The translations under genes were made by a program, and so were the position numbers. Positions 60,563 through 64,000 of a DNA stretch of 64,000 nucleotides are shown here, piece after piece. The DNA comes from Obrimoposthia wandeli (lineage: Eukaryota): assembly GCA_977020255.1 (NCBI GenBank), contig CDROCS010000666.1, positions 62,001 to 126,000 on the forward strand, written 5' to 3'. Position 1 is the first letter of the stretch; every line of letters starts with the position of its first letter. Under the pieces are notes generated by a model. That model ran no database searches, had not been told where the DNA came from, and was given only the letters and a program-made list of their open reading frames with translations.

Positions 60563-61168
60563 CTATGAAAATGACGGCTGTTTTAATCGTCGCTGTAGTC
60601 GGCGTTTTACCGTACGGTTCGAGATAATCAATATCAGCCCTGCAATCGGAATCAACCACCATTTGTATGCGCTGGCTTGTATCCACGCTTGGCTACCAAG
60701 CTGATAAACCAAGGTAAACACCACGCTTGTCCATACTGCGGTGGCGGCAAGTACTGCGGTCAAAAATCGTAATGGGGGCACTCTAAAAATACCGCATAAG
60801 GCATAGCCCAAGGTGCGTAAGCCTGGAATAAAACGAATAATGAAGATATTGGTTGCAGTGTTACACTGTAACCGACGGCGCACACTGCGCATACTTTGCT
60901 TGGTTAGTATCGCGTAACGAAAGCCCCGCCAATGTGACGACCACGCCCCAAGGTAATACAAGGCTAAATCGCCCGTCGCAATCCCAACAAAGACGGCCAA
61001 TACCGCGAACGGCAACGATAACGAACCATTGGCGGCTAACACGGCAGCCGCAACAATCGCGACATCTTCAAGCAAATACGACATCAGAATAATGGCTAAA
61101 AATACGGTAAACGGAGCATCACCAGCCCCAAGTTGAGTTACCCAATTCATAATCGCCTGTTCTGTCAT
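60563..61168 (-). CDS. DedA/VTT-family membrane protein
   Basis: LLED, GIATGDLALYYLG and RFIPGLR. Confidence 0.9.
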   Translation of the reverse strand: MTEQAIMNWVTQLGAGDAPFTVFLAIILMSYLLEDVAIVAAAVLAANGSLSLPFAVLAVFVGIATGDLALYYLGAWSSHWRGFRYAILTKQSMRSVRRRLQCNTATNIFIIRFIPGLRTLGYALCGIFRVPPLRFLTAVLAATAVWTSVVFTLVYQLGSQAWIQASAYKWWLIPIAGLILIISNRTVKRRLQRRLKQPSFS

Positions 61169-61473
61169 CTTACTGCTCCTGCTTATTCACTTTTCATCCG
61201 CCATTCCAACGGCCTTATCTACAAGACCTACGCGCCAAGTAAAAAATTTCGTTTAAATTAAAAAATTTATCAAAATAAAGATGTTAAGGGTGTCATCTTG
61301 AATATAGCGTTATTGGTATCACGCGTATTATCTAAACACTTCAATCAAGCCGTTCTTAGCGCAGCGTTTTTTGGTCTGTTTTTTTGGAAGGGATGTTCGA
61401 CAACAATATTTCATAGGTCATTGTTAATATGATTTTATGCGATCAACCTTTAAATCATAAAAAATTTGAATTG

Positions 61474-61574
61474 ATAATATGATCGACATCATTGCCGTTG
61501 ATATTAGCTGTAACTTACAGGCCTATTTTGTATTAATTACAATATATTACGAGCTAGAATATTCATCAGTAAGC
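61474..61574. repeat. Dispersed intergenic repeat, copy 1
   Basis: ATAATATGATC..TGATATTAG..AGGC..TTTTGTATT..ATATTACGAGCTAGAAT..TCAGTAAGC. Confidence 0.75.
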
Positions 61575-61691
61575 ATACGTACTATTACAAGTATCGCGCT
61601 ATGTCGGCCTTAAGTGGTTGTGCTATTACTGTGAAATATACAACCTTAGATCGTTGAATATAATGTAGTGTTATTAAGAGAGCTTATCGAT

Positions 61692-62348
61692 ATGTTTAGC
61701 AAAACCGTTGTTGGTTCGTTTTTGTATGCGAAGTCTTACAAAGAAGCATTATTTCGGGCAACTATTTTACCAATAACTATTTCATTAGTTTTGGAGTTTG
61801 CCTTTAGTTACATTAACAGCCAGCCTCTTCATTATTTGAATAACGTTTTTCTCACAGTTTTGAATGCAATTGTTGCTATAAATGTTCATAACATCGTTCT
61901 GCATGGTGTAGATTCTGTACCTAAATGGGGAAGGTTTAAGTTTGGTAAAGTTGAGCTCTGGTTTATTGGCCATTACATTTGCTTGGCGGCTGCATTTATA
62001 GCGATAACGTTTATGACTCGTTTTTTAGGTTCAGCATTAATTTTAATTGTAGCGGCTTTTGGTGTAGTCGCGTGTCGCCTATCTCTTGTGTTTCCAGCAA
62101 TTGCTATAGGTAAAGGTGTTTCCTTTCCGTATGCATGGCACCTAAGTTCAGGGAAAACACTATATATGTTTAGTGTGGTTGCAATATTTCCTATTAGTTT
62201 GAGTTTAGTCCTAATGCCATTACAAACATTTGGAATACCACAAGTGGTGACTAGTATCCTGAGCTATTTGGTTACTATTATCACAGTAACGTCACTTTCG
62301 TTAGCGTACAAGTTGCTAACTGAAGGTGAACTAAGCCAAGGAAACTAA
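61692..62348 (+). CDS. Hypothetical multi-TM membrane protein, cassette-like
   Basis: About six hydrophobic helices; AT-rich. Confidence 0.75.
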   Translation: MFSKTVVGSFLYAKSYKEALFRATILPITISLVLEFAFSYINSQPLHYLNNVFLTVLNAIVAINVHNIVLHGVDSVPKWGRFKFGKVELWFIGHYICLAAAFIAITFMTRFLGSALILIVAAFGVVACRLSLVFPAIAIGKGVSFPYAWHLSSGKTLYMFSVVAIFPISLSLVLMPLQTFGIPQVVTSILSYLVTIITVTSLSLAYKLLTEGELSQGN

Positions 62349-62460
62349 CAGGGCGCTCAAAAAAACGCATTACATTCGGTGGTTTTGGTCTAACTATCTC
62401 GAGTTTAAAGGAAATCATAATAAACTGATATTAGCTATGAGATTTTAGGCGTGATTTGTA
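62343..62460 (+). mobile_element. Eroded attC/Vibrio-cassette-repeat-like site
   Basis: CTAAC overlapping the stop, GGCGCTCAA, internal CGGTGGTTTTGGT..GAGTTTA, distal TTAGGCG; terminal GTTRRRY absent. Confidence 0.4.
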
Positions 62461-62502
62461 TAACTTATCATACATAACGGGCTAGAATGGCTTTCAGTGA
62501 AC
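62426..62502. repeat. Dispersed intergenic repeat, copy 2
   Basis: TGATATTAG-n12-AGGC..TTTGTATAACTTATCATACATAACGGGCTAGAATGGCTTTCAGT; aligns without gaps to copy 3. Confidence 0.75.
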
Positions 62503-62611
62503 GTTAAGCTGCTAAGTCGCAGTTTAAGATAATGAATGTTTTGTAAACCAACGTTGATGATCATGACTGCCTTTCGCTTTATTTATTGGGATTAAACGGA
62601 ATTATATTGAT

Positions 62612-63082
62612 ATGAACGAACAAACAGAAAGCAAATTTGAATATGTCGGGTTTTGGGCTCGAGTCGGTGCAACACTAATAGATACCATTATTATACTTAT
62701 GATAAGTGCCCCTCTTATGTACATGTTTTATGGTGATTTATATCTGTATTCAGATGATTTTGTACTAGGGTTCGCAGATGTAATCGTGAATTATATATTC
62801 CCTTTAGTAGCCGTTCTTATTTTTTGGACTTATAAATCAGCAACGCCAGGGAAAATGGCCATTAAAGCAATTATTGTCGACGCAGATACTGGAAAACGAC
62901 CAACAACGAAACAATATATTATTAGATATTTTGGATATTTTATTTCAATTCTTCCACTTTGCTTAGGGCTGATGTGGGTAGGTTGGGATAGTAAGAAACA
63001 AGGCTGGCACGACAAACTCGCAAAAACAGTCGTTATTCGTCCGCAAAATCGCGGGGTAGAAAGCGTTAAATTCAACGTATAG
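62612..63082 (+). CDS. RDD-family membrane protein
   Basis: YVGFWARVGATLID, ATPGKM and KQGWHDKLAKTVV. Confidence 0.92.
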   Translation: MNEQTESKFEYVGFWARVGATLIDTIIILMISAPLMYMFYGDLYLYSDDFVLGFADVIVNYIFPLVAVLIFWTYKSATPGKMAIKAIIVDADTGKRPTTKQYIIRYFGYFISILPLCLGLMWVGWDSKKQGWHDKLAKTVVIRPQNRGVESVKFNV

Positions 63083-63176
63083 GTATAACTTACTATCACC
63101 TTACCTATCAATGCTGCTCTTAGACAGTTCGCGTCAGTAAGCGAAAATCATTTTTAAGGTCATTTATTTTTTACTG

Positions 63177-63440
63177 ATGAGCATTAATTTCAACCATGAA
63201 AATATGAAAGAACTGCAATTTTTTACAAATGATAAAACGTTCACTTATATTGATGTAAGTTCACCAACATTTGAAGAAGAGAAAAGACAACTCTTAATGC
63301 AAGATTTCGTGGTGAGTGGTGACAGAATTAGAGCCGATACAGTTGATAGTGCGATTGATAAACATAAGAATAGTTCGGATGACCGAATGAAAGAGTATGC
63401 CGTTATAGGTTTAGTTGCAGGTTTTTTTGGCGGAATTTAG
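63177..63440 (+). CDS. Small hypothetical protein with hydrophobic C-terminus
   Basis: 87-aa ORF ending AVIGLVAGFFGGI. Confidence 0.6.
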   Translation: MSINFNHENMKELQFFTNDKTFTYIDVSSPTFEEEKRQLLMQDFVVSGDRIRADTVDSAIDKHKNSSDDRMKEYAVIGLVAGFFGGI

Positions 63441-63771
63441 TAACCATATTACAAGTAATCAGGACGATGAGTACACTCATCGATGCATACACCAACAACC
63501 AACACCTGCTTACTGTTAGAGTGAGAACTACTGATTAACTGCTCCCGCAATTCTTTGGTAGTTCCTTTTACTGTCTTTCTTTTCTGACTGTTTTAGACAT
63601 GTCTCGCCTATCCCTTCTTGCTCCAATTACAATCAATGCGTTTCCCGTAATTATTTTGCCGTATGACAGCCCCCTACCGCTAGCTGTTATCAACTGTTCT
63701 TTAGACGCCACATTAACTCTAAAGCTATGATTTTTATTGATTAATCTGCAAATTACACCCAATAGTAATCA

Positions 63772-63873
63772 ATAACATGATCAATGTCATATGCATTGAT
63801 ATTAGTAGTGATTTTTCAGACACATTTTGTGTTATTTACCATATATAACAAGCTAAGATGGCAGTCAGTAAGC
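63772..63873. repeat. Dispersed intergenic repeat, copy 3
   Basis: ATAACATGATC..TGATATTAG..AGAC..TTTTGTGTT..ATATAACAAGCTAAGATGGCAGTCAGTAAGC. Confidence 0.75.
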
Positions 63874-64000
63874 ATTGAGGTCGGCTAAATATACGCAATT
63901 TATAAATTGTTGTTACGAGTTTTCAATTTTCAACAGCCTTTTAATAAATATACGAAGGTTACAGTCGACAATTTTTTCAATGATGGTTATGGTAGAAACA

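Noticed and set aside
583-61973. Many 60-150 aa ORFs antisense to or nested in long genes (e.g. 583-804, 4502-4789, 22364-22801, 46904-47239, 53625-54071, 59939-60280)
   Set aside because: Shadow ORFs of well-supported genes, with no RBS or family motifs.
63568-63762. 64-aa minus-strand ORF, or a frameshifted lipoprotein
   Set aside because: Weak TTG start, overlap with repeat copy 3 upstream, and no recognisable family; cannot be supported.
1-64000. CRISPR array, tRNA or rRNA genes
   Set aside because: No regularly spaced 25-40 bp direct repeats with unique spacers, and no recognisable tRNA/rRNA signatures, by eye.

Overview
AT-rich gammaproteobacterial window, most like an accessory region of a Vibrionaceae (Photobacterium/Vibrio-type) genome; the taxon is inferred from gene content. 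(1) 1-6.9 kb: LiuR-controlled branched-chain amino acid catabolic cluster (mmsA, thiolase, liuR, liuA, liuB, liuC, liuE) with no liuD; atoB-atoD-atoA lie at 52-55 kb. (2) 7.6-15.6 kb: three putative outer-membrane beta-barrels and a LolA-like/LolCDE-like export operon. (3) 16-37 kb: small regulator-target modules (five LysR, IclR, MarR) plus decayed genes. (4) 37.5-50 kb, the most interesting block: an AT-rich island around an XRE-HTH/STAND-NTPase/TPR regulator and a decayed duplicate of it. Helically phased GATAC repeat arrays (10/21/11-bp spacing at three sites, 11/11 at a fourth) and a conserved hairpin leader lie upstream of signal-peptide-less RhiA-like, RhiB-like, CBM/tail-collar, LysM-GH18 and DUF917/racemase genes. 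IS982, IS30 and group II intron scars are interspersed. (5) 55-61 kb: a DedA, ATP-grasp, DinB, NRDE, YHS, small-ORF, OlsF-like operon that may make a new amino-lipid. (6) 61.4-64 kb: short cassette-like ORFs separated by a ~77-100 bp repeat family and an attC-like remnant. No rRNA, tRNA or CRISPR array was seen. Family assignments come from motif recognition, not database searches.
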